Source: Eledone cirrhosa
Lineage: Eukaryota
DNA length: 64,000 nucleotides
NCBI GenBank assembly: GCA_964016885.1
Contig: OZ024741.1
Location: 68,386,001 to 68,450,000, forward strand
Direction of reading: 5' to 3'
Under the pieces are notes generated by a model. It was not told where the DNA came from and did no database searches. It saw nothing but the letters and a program-made list of their open reading frames with translations. Every line of letters begins with the position of its first letter. The first letter of the stretch is position 1. Below are positions 12,516-26,171 of the stretch, piece after piece. Position numbers and translations under genes: made by a program.

Positions 12516-13375
12516 TCTATATATATAAAACTGAGGTTGTCTGTCTGTCTACTAAAACCTTCGGCACACATCTCCTCTTAAACCGTACGTTCAAATTTCG
12601 GTGAAATTGCTACACTTATAGATGAAGATCCGGCGGAACCATCGGTCAAATAAATTTTCAAATAAGTTCTTGTTTTTGATTATGTCATCTATATATATAA
12701 AGCTGTGGTTGTCTGTCTGTCTATCGATTTTTGGCACATATCTCCTCTTAGAATCTCTGACGGAATTGCACCGAAATTGCTATACTTGTACATTGAGCCC
12801 TAGCGAAGACATCGGAAAAAAATATTTCAAATTGACCCACCCTATGTGACGAAATCGAATCTAATGTATCGATTTTTGAGACTAAGTGACGAGTTATTTC
12901 CCTTTGTTCTGTTTACATTGAGCGTCTTACGTTCTGTTTACATTTTCTGCGTGCAAAAATTAAAAAAATTACGCTGGCTTTCTCAGCGTTTAAAATGACA
13001 TTAACACAATACACGAACAGTTGTCGAGCCAGCAAAATTTTGACCTGCAAAATTCATCAGTTCGAACACTAAGCTTCCGTTTTGCTTCATTTCCATTTAA
13101 AAGCCTTTTAAAACAATATTTTTACTTGAAAACAAGTCTATTTAAAGACTACATAAAACAAGCAAATATTTCCTCTTTTGTTATAACATTCGGGTTATCG
13201 TTATGTTTTCTTAACTTCATAAGGCATATTGTTGGTTGAGGGAATATTAATCAAAAACACCACATGCAAGTCTGCACAGTAGACACTACAGTTTTTAAGC
13301 CAAAAAAGAAACTTAACATTGTAACTTTAACACAGCTACTGAGCGACCCCGAGCAACGCCGGGTTTTACTGCTAG
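12516..13375 (+). mobile_element. Non-autonomous Helitron with a duplicated 5' end
   Basis: A|TCTATATATATAAAAC...gtctgtctgt start, repeated at about 12688. The 3' hairpin cccg-agcaacgc-cggg is followed by CTAG|T. Confidence 0.75.
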
Positions 13376-13494
13376 TATACAATATATTAATAAATAAACA
13401 ATATATTAATACCTAGGAATAAGGACTTTCTAAAACAACTTATAGAAAACAACTTATAGAAAAATCGGACTCTATATATATATATATATATATA

Positions 13495-14540
13495 CGAGAG
13501 TGGGCTGAAAAGTGCATAGACTGTGGAAGCTTGCATGCAATAATTTCAACTCTTCTAAACGGCGGCATTGTTTCTTTCCAAGTAAACTGACATCTGACTA
13601 GTCAAAGAAAGCTTCGAGAGTAACTAGTAGCGACTTCTCTTGAAAATGGATAGAATTTGGCATCGTGGTGTTATCAAGTACTTGCAGAAAAAGGGTTTAG
13701 CCCCCAAGGACATTCATGCTAACATGGTTACTACATTAGATGATGACACTCTAACTTTATCAACAGCGAAAAGGTGGGCAACTGAAGTTAGGATGGAAAG
13801 GGAGAGTCTTGAAGGTGATCCAAGGTCTGGACGTCCTGCAACTACCACCAGTGAGGAAAACATTCATCGTGTTCACCACATGTTGATAGATGACAGGCGA
13901 TTGACTATAAATCAAATAGCCAATGCTATTAGCATATTCTGTGAAAGAGTTGAGAATATTCTACGCCATGAACTTGGCATGACGAAGGTTTCTACTCGGC
14001 GAGTGCCACGTCTTCTGATCAAAAGCGGACCAGGTTCATCACATCTCAGGAAAATCTGGCATTGTTTGAGACAGATCCAGTTGGTTTCCTTGAACGTTTC
14101 CTAAACCAGGATGAGTGTTGGGTTCATCACTTAGAGCCAGAGACAAAGAGACAATCTATGCAGTGGAAACACCTCTCCTCACCTACTCCAAAAAAGAATA
14201 ATTGTTTCTACTTTAGGCGCAAGGCCAGCAATTTGAAAGGGAGGGAAAGGGAGAGTCGATTAAATCGACCCCAGTGCGTTACTAGTACTTTATTTTATCG
14301 GCCCCATAAGGATGAAAGGCAAAGCTAATCTCGGCGGGATTTGAACACAGAATGTAAAGGGTCGTAACTCTATGCTGAAAAGCATGGTATCTGACGCTCT
14401 ACCGATACTGCCAATTCACTTCATCTGCAAGGAAGGTGATGGCCTTAGTGTTTTGGGATGCAAAAGGTGTTCTGTTTATCGACTATCTTCAAAAGGACCA
14501 CACCCTCAAGGGAGAGTATTATGCCAACTTGCTCAAATTT
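13495..14540 (+). mobile_element. Mariner (Tc1/mariner) transposon relic, 3'-truncated and interrupted by a SINE
   Basis: TA|CGAGAGTGGGCTGAAAAGT TIR-like start. ORF 13640-14104 has the HTH (RGVIKYL...D.PRSGRP) and RVPRLL (equivalent to WVP). FLNQDECWVHH carries the first catalytic D. VMALVFWDAKGVLFIDYL follows the SINE. Confidence 0.9.
14197..14420 (-). mobile_element. Family A SINE inserted in the mariner transposase
   Basis: Full reverse copy splitting the transposase between TPKK and SARKVM. Confidence 0.85.
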
Positions 14541-14639
14541 CCTTTGCCAATTTTGATTTACATTTCTCCAATGCATCTGATGACATATATGTGGTTTCAA
14601 CTTGAAATTACTGGTATTGTGGAATTAGGTCGTATTGAT

Positions 14640-14691
<52 letters not shown>

Positions 14692-17600
14692 TGTTTCTTT
14701 TATTTGCCACCAGGGCATCAAAAGTGGGACAAGTACAATGGGGGGAGTTTACAAAACAAGGCGTCCTCAATAAGGAGGAGGCAATAACAATATATAAAAA
14801 TAAAATAAAATATAACAAAAATAAAATTTATAACAAAGTCCTCAATAGAGAGGAGGCGCCTTGGGAGGTCGCACACACCCCCGAAAAAAGTGTGCAACCC
14901 TTCTCCTCAGGAGCACAGAGAAGGGGTGCTCCCTTGGTCTTTCATCTTCCTCACCTATAGTCTGATGTAGAGTGAAGGCCCATTCACACGGGCCATTCTC
15001 GCCACTTTCACCCATCTTTCATAAAAACGGCTGGGGTGCAGCACCTCTCTCTCCATCCTGATCCTTCTTCCGAAATGATATCGGAAGAAACGGACCAGTT
15101 GTTGGCCAGAGAGAAAGGTGTCTGACCTCAGTCCTTTCAGACGCGCCCGCCATACAACCTCTTTCGCCATGGCTATTACGCACAGAAACACCTCCTCTCC
15201 TTCGTTTTTGAAGAGGGGAGGCGGCTTGATCGTTACAATAGACTCGGTGGTCAACCGGATCGGTCCCACCCTTGACAGCAGTTGTTCGACATAGCCCCAC
15301 AGATCGGCAATGCTCGAGCAGTGTACCAATGCGTGTGCAACGGTTTTCTCGTCGCACACGCATCTGGGACAGATCTTTTTCGATGGGTCCCTACTCGGGC
15401 GCCCGTGTCTGTAGAGCCTTTCTCAAACGGGCAGAGCCCTTCTGTAGCATTGCCAGGCCAGGGAGCTCTGGAAGTTATCCATGGGTCCCGGTCTGAATTT
15501 CCTACCGAACAGGTTGGCCAGTTCGTCTTCCTCCATGCCTAGGGCTTCTCCGAGGGCGTCGTCGCACCTGCTAACCACCAGCCCTCTATAGAATGACGAG
15601 GTGGATTCTCCACTGACAGCCGGGTCCGCCTGCCAGAGAGCCGTGAGCGCCTGGGCACACTCGGTGTGCCAGGCGCCCAGTTTTCTCGGTCTTTGCTTGA
15701 CCCAGGATTGCAGCTCGGTGAGTGAGATGAGTCTGGGAAAGGCTCGCCTCACAAACGGGGCCCACACCGGTTGACCGGAGAGGAATACCTGAAGGTGCCG
15801 TAGCCTTAATGCGTGTTTACGTATCATTAGCCACGGCATCCCCAGCCCTCCTTTCGAAGGGTGTTGACAGCAGATGGATCTCCTCACCATAGGAGCCCGC
15901 TTCTTCCAAAGGAATTGGAAGAGTGCGCGCTCCATTTTGGCGAGCGTTTCCCTTGGGCAAGGCACAACGGTCAGGCGGTAGTAGATGACGGACGCTATAT
16001 AAGTGTTCGCAACCTCCGCCCGACCTTTCAGGGACAGTTTGCACCTGGCCCACTTCTGGGTCAGTGCAAACACCCTGTTCGTCACCTCACCCCAGTTCTT
16101 CTCCACCTGGAGGTCTGGTCCGAACCAGACCCCGAGCAACTTCACCGGGCCCTCCGTCCAGCGCCCGACGACGCCATCGGAGGGCATCGATCTGCCCCTC
16201 CACGTGCCGAGTTGCAGACCGATCGACTTGTCCCGGTTCAGCTTAGCCCCTGTAAACCTTTCGTACTCCTCCAGTAAGGTGCCGATCGCCCCGATTTCCG
16301 AGGCCGTCGACACCATTACTGTTACGTCATCGGCGTAGGCTGACACCGCTTTCCGCAATCCCGGTTCCAACGGGATGCCCTGCAACAACTCCAACTTCCG
16401 CAGCAGTGGCTCTAGAGTCATTACATACAGAAGGGAGGAGAGAGGGCACCCCTGTCGGATGGACCGCGCGATTTCGAACGGCTCCGAGAGGTAGCCGTTC
16501 ACCTTGACCCTAGAGCAGATGCGGCTGCTGTGCATGGCATTGATCCAGCCCCTGAAAACGGGTCCGAAGCCTGCCGCCGCTAGCACCGCATCCAGGTAAC
16601 CATGGTCGACCCTATCGAATGCCTTAGATTGATCCAAGTTGATCAGGGCCCCACCAAAGCCGGGTTCGTTCCCAACCCTCTCTATGATGTATCGCATGAG
16701 GTGGAGGTTATCGTGGATGGACCTGGACGGGATAGCACATGTCTGCGCATCCCCCACCAGGTTGCCCACGACAAGCGCCAACCTCTTTGCTAGCACCTTG
16801 GCCAAAATCTGTAACTCTGTATTTAGCAGAGTTATGGGCCTGAAATTATTTATATCGTCCCCCTTGTTCTCGTCCTTCCTCACTAGCGTGACTACGCCCT
16901 TGGTCACAGCACAGGGAATTCTCCCGTTCTGTTGCCAGTTGCAGTAAACCGCCTCGAGGAGATCGGGGAACAAGTCCGGCATAGCTAGATATAGTTCGTA
17001 TGGAAGACCATCGAGACCCGGGGATTTGCGTTTGCCGCATTGGCTCAGCACGTCCTCCATCTCAGCGGCTGAAATCGGCTCCTCGCAGGACTTCGCCTCC
17101 CTGTCCGAGAGACGCGGCAGGCCGTCGAGGTATGGACCGAAGTCCACGTCCCCAACCGGCCCCCCGCCCCCTCCGAACAATTCGGCAAAGTGCTTTTGAA
17201 AAGCCTCGCACATCTGCTTAGGTTCAAGGATCACCCGTCCATCCTGGTCTCGCAAAGACCGGATAGTGGATCTGCTCCCTCTTTTGGCTTCTGTCACGCG
17301 GGCCCAGCTAACAGCTTTGGTCCCCTCGTTTCCCAGAGCACGTATTTTGCTTCGGACGATGCAGCCTTCGTGTTTCGCGTCGAAGAACTGGCCCAGGGCC
17401 GTTCTCGACGCTAGCACTCTGGCCACGTCGCCGCTTCTAATTGCCTCTTCTACACTATCTACCAACTCCCTTTCCTTCCTATTTCTATTGGAGGCTAACT
17501 CCTTACTAAATTCTATAGAGACTACTCTAATCTCTCTTTTGAGAGATCCCCACCACCTGCTGTTGACGATGGCGCCCGTCAACCGCTCCTTAACTAAAGT

Positions 17601-17760
17601 GCTAATCCGGTCCCTGTAAGCCTTACTTGCCGGTAAGGACAAGTTGAGCTTCCAGTAACCGGGTCCCTGTCTATGAGTTCTGTCAAGGTTGATCATGCAG
17701 GTCACTAACTTGTGGTCTGAATAGCCAACCATGCGCATTTTTGGACAACTTAAAAAGTCC
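14692..17760 (-). mobile_element. L1/Tx1-clade non-LTR retrotransposon, 5'-truncated, inserted in (GATA)n
   Basis: GC-rich island bounded by (ATAG)n at 14639-14691 and 17763-17807. The 3' UTR ends gtggcaAATAAAagaaacat(atct)n. Confidence 0.92.
14955..17738 (-). pseudogene. L1/Tx1 ORF2: APE C-terminus, reverse transcriptase and CCHC zinc knuckle, with one in-frame TGA at 15423-15425
   Basis: Motifs SDHKLV, GPGYWKLN, KSPGLDG, FRPITLLN, LDQSKAFDRVDH, RQGCPLS, YADD and GGLG. Read-through of the stop gives ERLYRHG...CPRCVCDEKTVAHALVHC, in frame with ORF 14955-15359. Confidence 0.92.
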
Positions 17761-17762
17761 TT

Positions 17763-17808
<46 letters not shown>

Positions 17809-18054
17809 GTTTTTCTTTATTTCAGACACAGACACACGGAGGGACGGACGGACAGACAGATAGATAGATATGTATATATTTATGTGTGTATTTATGTATG
17901 TATATAAAAGTTTAAAATAATGTAAAGACAAATTACAGAAGAGATACAAGACGTATCTAATCATGTACAAGTAACACCTCTTTTTTTAACAAAACACGAT
18001 GCAACCTATCTGCGGTACCCACAAAATCTTATATGAGAGTCACGTACTGAGCCA

Positions 18055-18335
18055 AGATGTGGTTAGGGTATTCGGCTCCCAATCGTAAGGTCGTGAGTTC
18101 GATTCACGGCGGCACGTTTTGTCCTTAAGCAAGACACTTTATTTCACGTTGCTCTAGTTCACTCAGCTGGCGAAGATGAGTTGTACATGTAATTCGAAGG
18201 ACCAGCTTTGTCTCATTCTGTATTACGCGCGCCTGTGGAATGCTCAGTCACTTGCACATTAATTTCACGAGCAGGCTGTTCCGTTGATCATATCAACTGG
18301 AACACTCGTCGTCGTAACCGACGGAATGCCAGTTT
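18055..18335 (+). mobile_element. CORE-type SINE with an alternative 3' tail (related copy at 40315-40670)
   Basis: tgtggttagggt...GAGTTCGATTC...gtccttaagcaagacacttt. The tail gaatgctcag.cactt.ca..ttaatt...caactggaac is shared with 40580-40650. Confidence 0.7.
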
Positions 18336-18445
18336 TCATACTGACCCAAGAATGTTGTAAAATGGAGGTGACAGATATCTACCAGTGTCATGTATAACTA
18401 TATGTGCGTAAGTTAGTGCGTGTGTGTGTTTGTACATACACAGTG

Positions 18446-18904
<459 letters not shown>

Positions 18905-19104
18905 TACACATATATAAATATATATATATTGTATGGCTTACCATTTTCCATTCCGCCATAGTGGTTATCATATAAATCTCGTGAATCTCTTCGCGACTTC
19001 AATGCTTATCTTCGGTATGTATTTTCGTTCTCTTTCCCTCTCAGTCTGTGGTAGAGAAATCAAATCCTTATGATAAATTTCTTGAAAATTAAAAACATTT
19101 TTGA

Positions 19105-19970
19105 GTGGTAAAAACAGCCATGGGTACTTCAGTAACCCCAACATAAGCAAATCTAGTTAAGAAAATTTATGAAAAGTCACTAAAACATTTTGGAGTCAAT
19201 TTTTGTTGATATCTAAAAGGAAACGGTTTCGTATGGCTGTTGAATCCTGTGTGACAAAACTGTAGATAAACTTGAGAAGCTTACGAATATCAAAGATGCA
19301 GTAAATACGGATAGTCGGTTCACAATGGAATTTAGCAAAGAAGAACTCCTGTTTGGGATATTTTAATAACGATAATAGCTATACGGATAGAAATGGATAA
19401 CTGTTATAAACCCACAGACAAAACAATATTTATTATTCACATCCTGCAATCCTAAACATACACGAGTGTTTATTCTTTTTACTTTGGTGAAATAAATATG
19501 CACAATTGTTTCCAAGCCAACAATACGAGACCAACACTGACAGAATTATAAACTATCTTAATCCTCTGAAAATTTCCTAAAATTAGTGAAAAGAGCGAAA
19601 AATATAAATATTCCTGACTTATGGAGGGTAAAAATAAAGCCAAAGAAAACACTTCCATTCATATAAACATACAATCCGAGGAATATTGAAATCTATAATC
19701 ATATTCACAGGAATCTATCCATTATTTATAATGGTTAAAAAAAATATGAAAAGAATCTTGGAGAATCAACAAACTATAATGAGCAAACAACAACGAAAAT
19801 TTGCTTTAATTTCTCACAAGTGTAAAAATTCACAAATAGATTCCCAAACCTTAAATTGCAAAATGTGGAAAACCTACTTGCAGAATTTGTGAATATATAA
19901 CGGAGGGCTCGGAATTCAGTTTGATGATGACCAAACTTTTAATCTTAAAAATAGTTTTACATTTTCATCT
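19105..19970 (+). pseudogene. Penelope-like element relic (Neptune-like): RT C-half and Cys linker
   Basis: KTAMGTSVTPT*ANL, FTMEFSKEELLF, YKPTD..QYLLFTSCNPKHT and KCGKPTCRICEYI across frameshifts. Confidence 0.75.
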
Positions 19971-19994
19971 AGACCTACGCGCACGCACATACAG

Positions 19995-20645
19995 ACACTT
20001 TCACAAACCCAGTGAAAAACTTAGGTACATCATAAGGGTTCTAGTCACCCACCTATAGTCTCTTCATATATATCATCAATAAGTAAGAGGGTATCCAAAC
20101 TAACTTCTAGAAAAGTTATCTTCGACAGGGAGGGCCCCTACTGCAACGCAGCCCTAAGCAGCAGCGGCTTCTCAGAGAAAATCTCTTACTCTCCAGATCG
20201 CCGCCATATATCTAGCAAGAAAGAAAAATAAGCATAAAGCCGTCGTGCGGTTCCCACCACCTTTCGCACTCAACGTAAAGACTAACAAAAGTAGAAAATA
20301 CCTGGCACTTTCAGATTTGCACTTCTCTGTAGGACATAAATACCGGCAAATTGTTAGGTGCCACACAGTGAAAATAGGCTACTCGTGTACTAAAAACATC
20401 ACCAATAAAAGCAAGAGCCTTCCACCTTCCGGATGCTCATGCAGAAAGCCAGAAGCATGCCCTCTCGACCAACAGTGCAACACTCCAGCGGTAATATATG
20501 AAGCAGAAGTCACCCCCACCAACCAGAATCACCTAACAAAAGCCTGGACTTATGTAGTTATGTCTGGGAGCCGTTTAAAAAGCCGATTCTCGAACCACCA
20601 AATGACCTTCCGACATCCGGACAAAAAACATACCATCTTGTTTCA
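19995..20645 (+). pseudogene. Penelope-like element relic (different lineage): thumb/linker and GIY-YIG
   Basis: HKPSEKLRYI..SSHPP. ORF 20245 reads FPPPFALNVKTN...HF...TVKIGYSC..N...CSCRKPEACPLDQQC...VIYEAEV...YVVMSGSRLKSRFSNH. Confidence 0.8.
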
Positions 20646-20875
20646 GTCGGTCGGCTTTGGCCACATACATACATACATACATACATACATACATACATAC
20701 ATACATACATACATACATACATACATACATACATACATACATACACATATGTATATGAATATATATATGTGTGTGTGTATGTGTGTGTAGGATATCTGTA
20801 GATAATAGTCATGGCAAACAATGGTGAATCTACTGAAAGACAGCTTATTTAATATAATTAAAATAGTGTGTGAAA

Positions 20876-20959
<84 letters not shown>

Positions 20960-21132
20960 AGAGAGAGAGACGGGGTTCAGACACAGGCTTGGTGAACCTC
21001 AGTCAGATCAGCTGGATAAGGATGTAAGACTCGAAACCCCCAGTAACTCCAGAACAGGACACCAATGACGTTTCAAAGGATCTACATACATATCATATAT
21101 ATGTATATATATACATATATATATATATATAA

Positions 21133-21320
21133 TGAAGGAGTTGTGGTAAGGAACCAGATGGACCATAACACACCAGAGTACTCAATACTTGGGGTAGTAG
21201 AGTGGGTAATAGGAAAATGTATGACCCCGACGGCAGAGCTCAAGCCGTTTCGACGGCTATTTCAGTCCAGAAATAGCCGTCGAAACGGCTTGAGCTCTGC
21301 CGTCGGAGTCATACATTTTC

Positions 21321-21324
<4 letters not shown>
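21133..21324. mobile_element. PLE pseudo-LTR fragment with fold-back palindrome (21209-21324) containing an HHR 3' half
   Basis: Arms are about 54 bp. Each strand has GAA-ACGGC-loop-GCCGT-C (stem III plus GUC triplet). The outer part is shared with 10397-10472. Sits in (TA)n. Confidence 0.7.
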
Positions 21325-21387
<63 letters not shown>

Positions 21388-21729
21388 TGTATAGAGAGGG
21401 AGAGAGATTGGATTCAGTCGTATGTATACTACTTGGACATAGACTTGTGCTTGATGGACCTCGGTCGTGTCCCCTGGATGAGGGTTCATGTAAGACTCGA
21501 AACAACCAATGATTCCAGGATACAACACTGATAAAGGATATGGAAAGTAAATGGCATCAAGGCCACCACATCACATATAATGAAGATAAGGAAGTGAGGG
21601 GGGAAAGCGTAATAGTAATTAGCAAAGATATATTACTGAAATAATAAAACCAAACACTCACTGCATTGGATTCCGAGACATTAGTGACGGATATGGGACG
21701 ATTAGTGCATGGTTATAGGTCCAAGTAGG

Positions 21730-21804
<75 letters not shown>

Positions 21805-21949
21805 CGCGTGTGCAGTGACCTTTGTTTTATTTTTGGTTTTCATTTTTTTGTTTTGTTTCCGTATTTTCTTCGATAATGGAAGAAGTGTCGACTTCACATC
21901 TAATGTGGATGAAGGTTTTGTGAAACGAATTCTTTTTTAATGATGATGA

Positions 21950-24900
21950 TAGTTGTGGTGTTGGTGATGGTAGTGGTGGTGTGGGAGTAGCCGTGATAAT
22001 GATGGTGGCGGCGGTAATAGTGATGGTGGTGGTGGTAGTGGTGATGGTGGTGATGGTAGTAGTGATGGTGGTGGTGGTAGTAGTGATGGTGGTGGTGGTA
22101 ATGGTGATGGTGGTGATGGTAGTAGTGATGGTGGTGGTGGTAGTAGTGGTGGTGGTGGTCGTAGTGGTGATGGTGGTGATGGTAGTAGTGGTGGTGGCGG
22201 CGGTAATAGTGATGGTGGTGGTGGTAGTGGTGATGGTGGTGATGGTAGTAGTGATGGTGGTGGTGGTAGTAGTGATGGTGGTGGTGGTAATGGTGATGGT
22301 GGTGATGGTAGTAGTGGTGGTGGCGGCGGTAATAGTGATGGTGGTGGTGGTAGTGGTGATGGTGGTGATGGTAGTAGTGATGGTGGTGGTGGTAGTAGTG
22401 ATGGTGGTGGTGGTAGTAGTGGTGGTGGTGGTGGTGGTAATGGTGATGGTGGTGATGGTAGTAGTGGAGGTGGTGGTGGTAGTGGTAGTGGTGTTGGTGG
22501 TGGTAATGGTGATGATGGTGATGGTAGTAGTGATGGTGGTGGTGGTAGTAGTGGTGGTGGTGGTGGTAGTGGTAGTGAAGGGGTAGCCGTGATAATGATG
22601 GTGGTGATGGTAATAGTGATGGTGGTGGTGGTAGTAGTGATGGTGGTGGTGGTAGTAGTGGTGGTGGTGGTGGTAGTAGTGATGGTGGTGGTGGTAGTAG
22701 TGATGGTGGTGGTGGTAGTAGTGATGGTGGTGGTGGTAGTAGTGATGGTGGTGGTGGTAGTAGTGATGGTGGTGGTGGTAGTAGTGATGGTGGTGGTGGT
22801 AGTAGTGATGGTGGTGGTGGTGGTAGTGATGGTGGTGATGGTAGTTGTGATGGTGGTAGTGGTAGTAGTGATGGTGGTGGTGGTGGTAGTGATGGTGGTG
22901 ATGGTAGTTGTGATGGTGGTGGTGGTAGTAGTGATGGTGGTGGTGGTGGTAGTAGTGATGGTGGTGGTGGTAGTAGTGATGGTGGTGGTGGTAGTAGTGG
23001 TGGTGGTGGTGGTAGTAGTGATGGTGGTGGTGGTAGTAGTGATGGTGGTGGTGGTAGTAGTGATGGTGGTGGTGGTAGTAGTGATGGTGGTGGTGGTAGT
23101 AGTGATGGTGGTGGTGGTAGTAGTGATGGTGGTGGTGGTAGTAGTGATGGTGGTGGTGGTGGTAGTGATGGTGGTGATGGTAGTTGTGATGGTGGTAGTG
23201 GTAGTAGTGATGGTGGTGGTGGTGGTAGTGATGGTGGTGATGGTAGTTGTGATGGTGGTGGTGGTAGTAGTGATGGTGGTGGTGGTGGTAGTAGTGATGG
23301 TGGTGGTGGTGGTAGTAGTGATGGTGGTGGTGGTGGTAGTGATGGTGGTGGTGGTAGTAGTGATGGTGGTGGTAGTGATGGTGGTGGTGGTAGTAGTGAT
23401 GGTGGTGATGGTAGTAGTGATGGTGGTGGTGGTAATAGTGATGATGGTGGTGGTGGTAGTGATGGTTGTGGTGGTAGTAGTGATGGTGGTGGTGGTAGTA
23501 GTGATGGTGGTGGTGGTGGTAGTGATGGTTGTGGTGGTAGTAGTGATGGTGGTGGTGGTGGTAGTGATGGTGGTGGTGGTATTGTGATGGTGGTGGTGGT
23601 AGTAGTGTTGGTGGTGGTGGTAGTTGTGATGGTGGTGGTGGTAGTAGTGATGGTGGTGGTGGTAGTAGTGATGGCGGTGGTGGTAGTAGTGATGGTGGTG
23701 GTGGTAGTTGTGAATGTGGTGGTGGTAGTAGTGATGGTGGTGGTGGTAGTAGTGATGGTGGTGGTAGTAGTGATGGTGGTGATGGTAGTAGTGATGGTGG
23801 TGGTGGTAGTAGTGATGGTGGTGGTGGTAGTAGTGATGGTGGTGGTGGTAGTAGTGATGGTGGTGGTGGTGGTAGTGATGGTGGTGATGGTAGTTGTGAT
23901 GGTGGTGGTGGTAGTAGTGATGGTGGTGGTGGTGGTAGTGATGGTGTTGATGGTAGTTGTGATGGTGGTGGTGGTAGTAGTGATGGTGGTGGTGGTAGTA
24001 GTGATGGTGGTGGTGGTGGTAGTGATGGTGGTGATGGTAGTTGTGATGGTGGTGGTGGTAGTAGTGATTGTGGTGGTAGTGGTAGTAGTGATGGTGGTGG
24101 TGGTGGTAGTGATGGTGGTGATGGTAGTTGTGATGGTGGTGGTGGTAGTAGTGATGGTGGTGGTGGTGGTAGTGATGGTGGTGATGGTAGCTGTGATGGT
24201 GGTGGTGGTAGTAGTGATGGTGGTGGTGGTGGTAGTGATGGTGGTGATTGTAGTTGTGATGGTGGTGGTGGTAGTAGTGATGGTGGTGGTGGTAGTAGTG
24301 ATGGTGGTGGTGGTAGTAGTGATGGTGGTGGTAGTGATGGTGGTGATGGTAGTTGTGATGGTGGTGGTGGTAGTAGTGATGGTGGTGGTGGTGGTAGTGA
24401 TGGTGGTGATGGTAGTTGTGATGGTGGTGGTGGTAGTAGTGATGGTGGTGGTGGTAGTTGTGATGGTGGTGGTGGTAGTAGTGATGGTGGTGATGGTAGT
24501 TGTGATGGTGGTGGTGGTAGTAGTGATGGTGGTGGTGGTGGTGGTAGTGATGGTGGTGGTGGTGGTAGTAGTGATGGTGGTGGTGGTAGTAGTGATGGTG
24601 GTGATGGTAGTTGTGATGGTGGTGGTGGTAGTAGTGATGGTGGTGGTGGTGGTGGTAGTGATGGTGGTGATGGTAGTTGTGATGGTGGTGGTGGTAGTAG
24701 TGATGGTGGTGGTGGTGGTGGTAGTGATGGTGGTGATGGTAGTTGTGATGGTGGTGGTGGTAGTAGTGATGGTGGTGGTGGTAGTAGTGATGGTGGTGGT
24801 GGTAATAGTGATGGTGGTGGTGGTAGTAGTGATGGTGGTGGTGGTAGTAGTGATGGTGGTGGTGGTAGTAGTGATGGTGGTGGTGGTAATAGTGATGGTG

Positions 24901-25030
24901 GTGGTGGTAGTAGTGATGGTGGTGGTGGTGGTAGTGATGGTGGTGATGGTAGTTGTGATGGTGGTGGTGGTAGTAGTGATGGTGGTGGTGGTGGTAGTGA
25001 TGGTGGTGGTGGTGGTAGTAGTGATGGTGG
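21950..25030. repeat. (GGT)n-derived minisatellite, dominant 21-mer ATGGTGGTGGTGGTAGTAGTG
   Basis: Direct reading. A unique marker gaaggggtagccgtgataatgatgg lies at about 22577-22601. Confidence 0.95.
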
Positions 25031-25149
25031 TGATGATATTGATGATAATAATGATGATGATACTGACAGCGACGATAATAACAACCTCCTCTGTTATGAT
25101 GATGATGATGATGTTGTGTTGTTGTTGGTGGCGGTTGTGGCGGTGGTCG

Positions 25150-25972
25150 TGGCGGCGTGGTGATGGTAGTGTTGGTGGTAGTGGCGGTGGTGGTGGTGGT
25201 GGTGGTGGTGGTGGTGATGCCAATGATGGTGGTGGCGGTGATAGTAGTGGTGATGGTAGTGTCGGTGGTAGTGGTGGTGCTAGCAGTGATGGTTGTGGTG
25301 GTGGTAGTGGTGGTGGTAGCAGTGATGGTAATGGTGGTGGTAGTGGTGGTGGTAGAGGTGGTGGTAGCAGTGATGGTTGTTGTGGTGGTGGTAGTGGTGG
25401 TGGTAGCAGTGATGGTTGTGGTGGTGGTAGCAGTGATGGTAGTGGTGGTGGTAGTGGTGGTGGTAGTGGTGGTGGTAGCAGTGATGGTTGTGGTGGTGGT
25501 AGTGGTGGTGGTAGCAGTGATTGTAGTGGTGGTGGTAGTGGTGGTGGTAGTGGTGGTGGTAGCAGTGATGGTTGTTGTGGTGGTGGTAGTGGTGGTGGTA
25601 GCAGTGATGGTTGTGGTGGTGGTAGCAGTGATGGTAGTGGTGGTGGTAGTGGTGGTGGTAGTGGTGGTAGCAGTGATGGTTGTGGTGGTGGTAGTGGTAG
25701 TGGTAGTGGTGGTGGTAACAGTGATGGTTGTGGTGGTGGTAGTGGTAGTGGTAGTGGTGGTGGTAGCAGTGATGGTTTTGGTGGTGGTAGTGGTGGTGGT
25801 AGCAGTGATTGTATTGGTGGTGGTAGTCGTGGTGGTAGTTGTGGTGGTAGCAGTGATGGTTGTGGTGGTGGTAGCAGTGATGGTAGTGGTAGTGGTAGTG
25901 GTGGTGGTAGCAGTGATGGTTGTGGTAGTGGTAGTGGTGGTGGTAGCAGTGATGGTTGTGGTGGTGGTGTTG
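25150..25972. repeat. (GGT)n-derived minisatellite variant with the GGTAGCAGTGATGGTTGT unit
   Basis: Direct reading. Mirrored at 57150-57645. Confidence 0.9.
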
Positions 25973-26171
25973 GCCGTCGTGATTCTTCACCTCCAGACAT
26001 CTACAGTCGATTTTATTTCATATTTATACTATCAAATTTTTGTTTGCGGTTATTTTTTTTTTCTTTTGTGGGGAGGGGGACATTTTTTTTTATCCGCCTT
26101 TCACTATATAAAAGCCCATCCCCCTACCTCCTTCTAGACAAGAACGAGACAAAGTCGACTCCCCCCCCCCC

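Noticed and set aside
15423-15425. In-frame TGA as programmed read-through or selenocysteine
   Set aside because: The position corresponds to the usual Arg in LPVR, so a CGA>TGA CpG mutation is the simpler explanation. No SECIS was recognised.
21950-25030. Telomeric repeat
   Set aside because: The unit is GGT-based, not TTAGGG.
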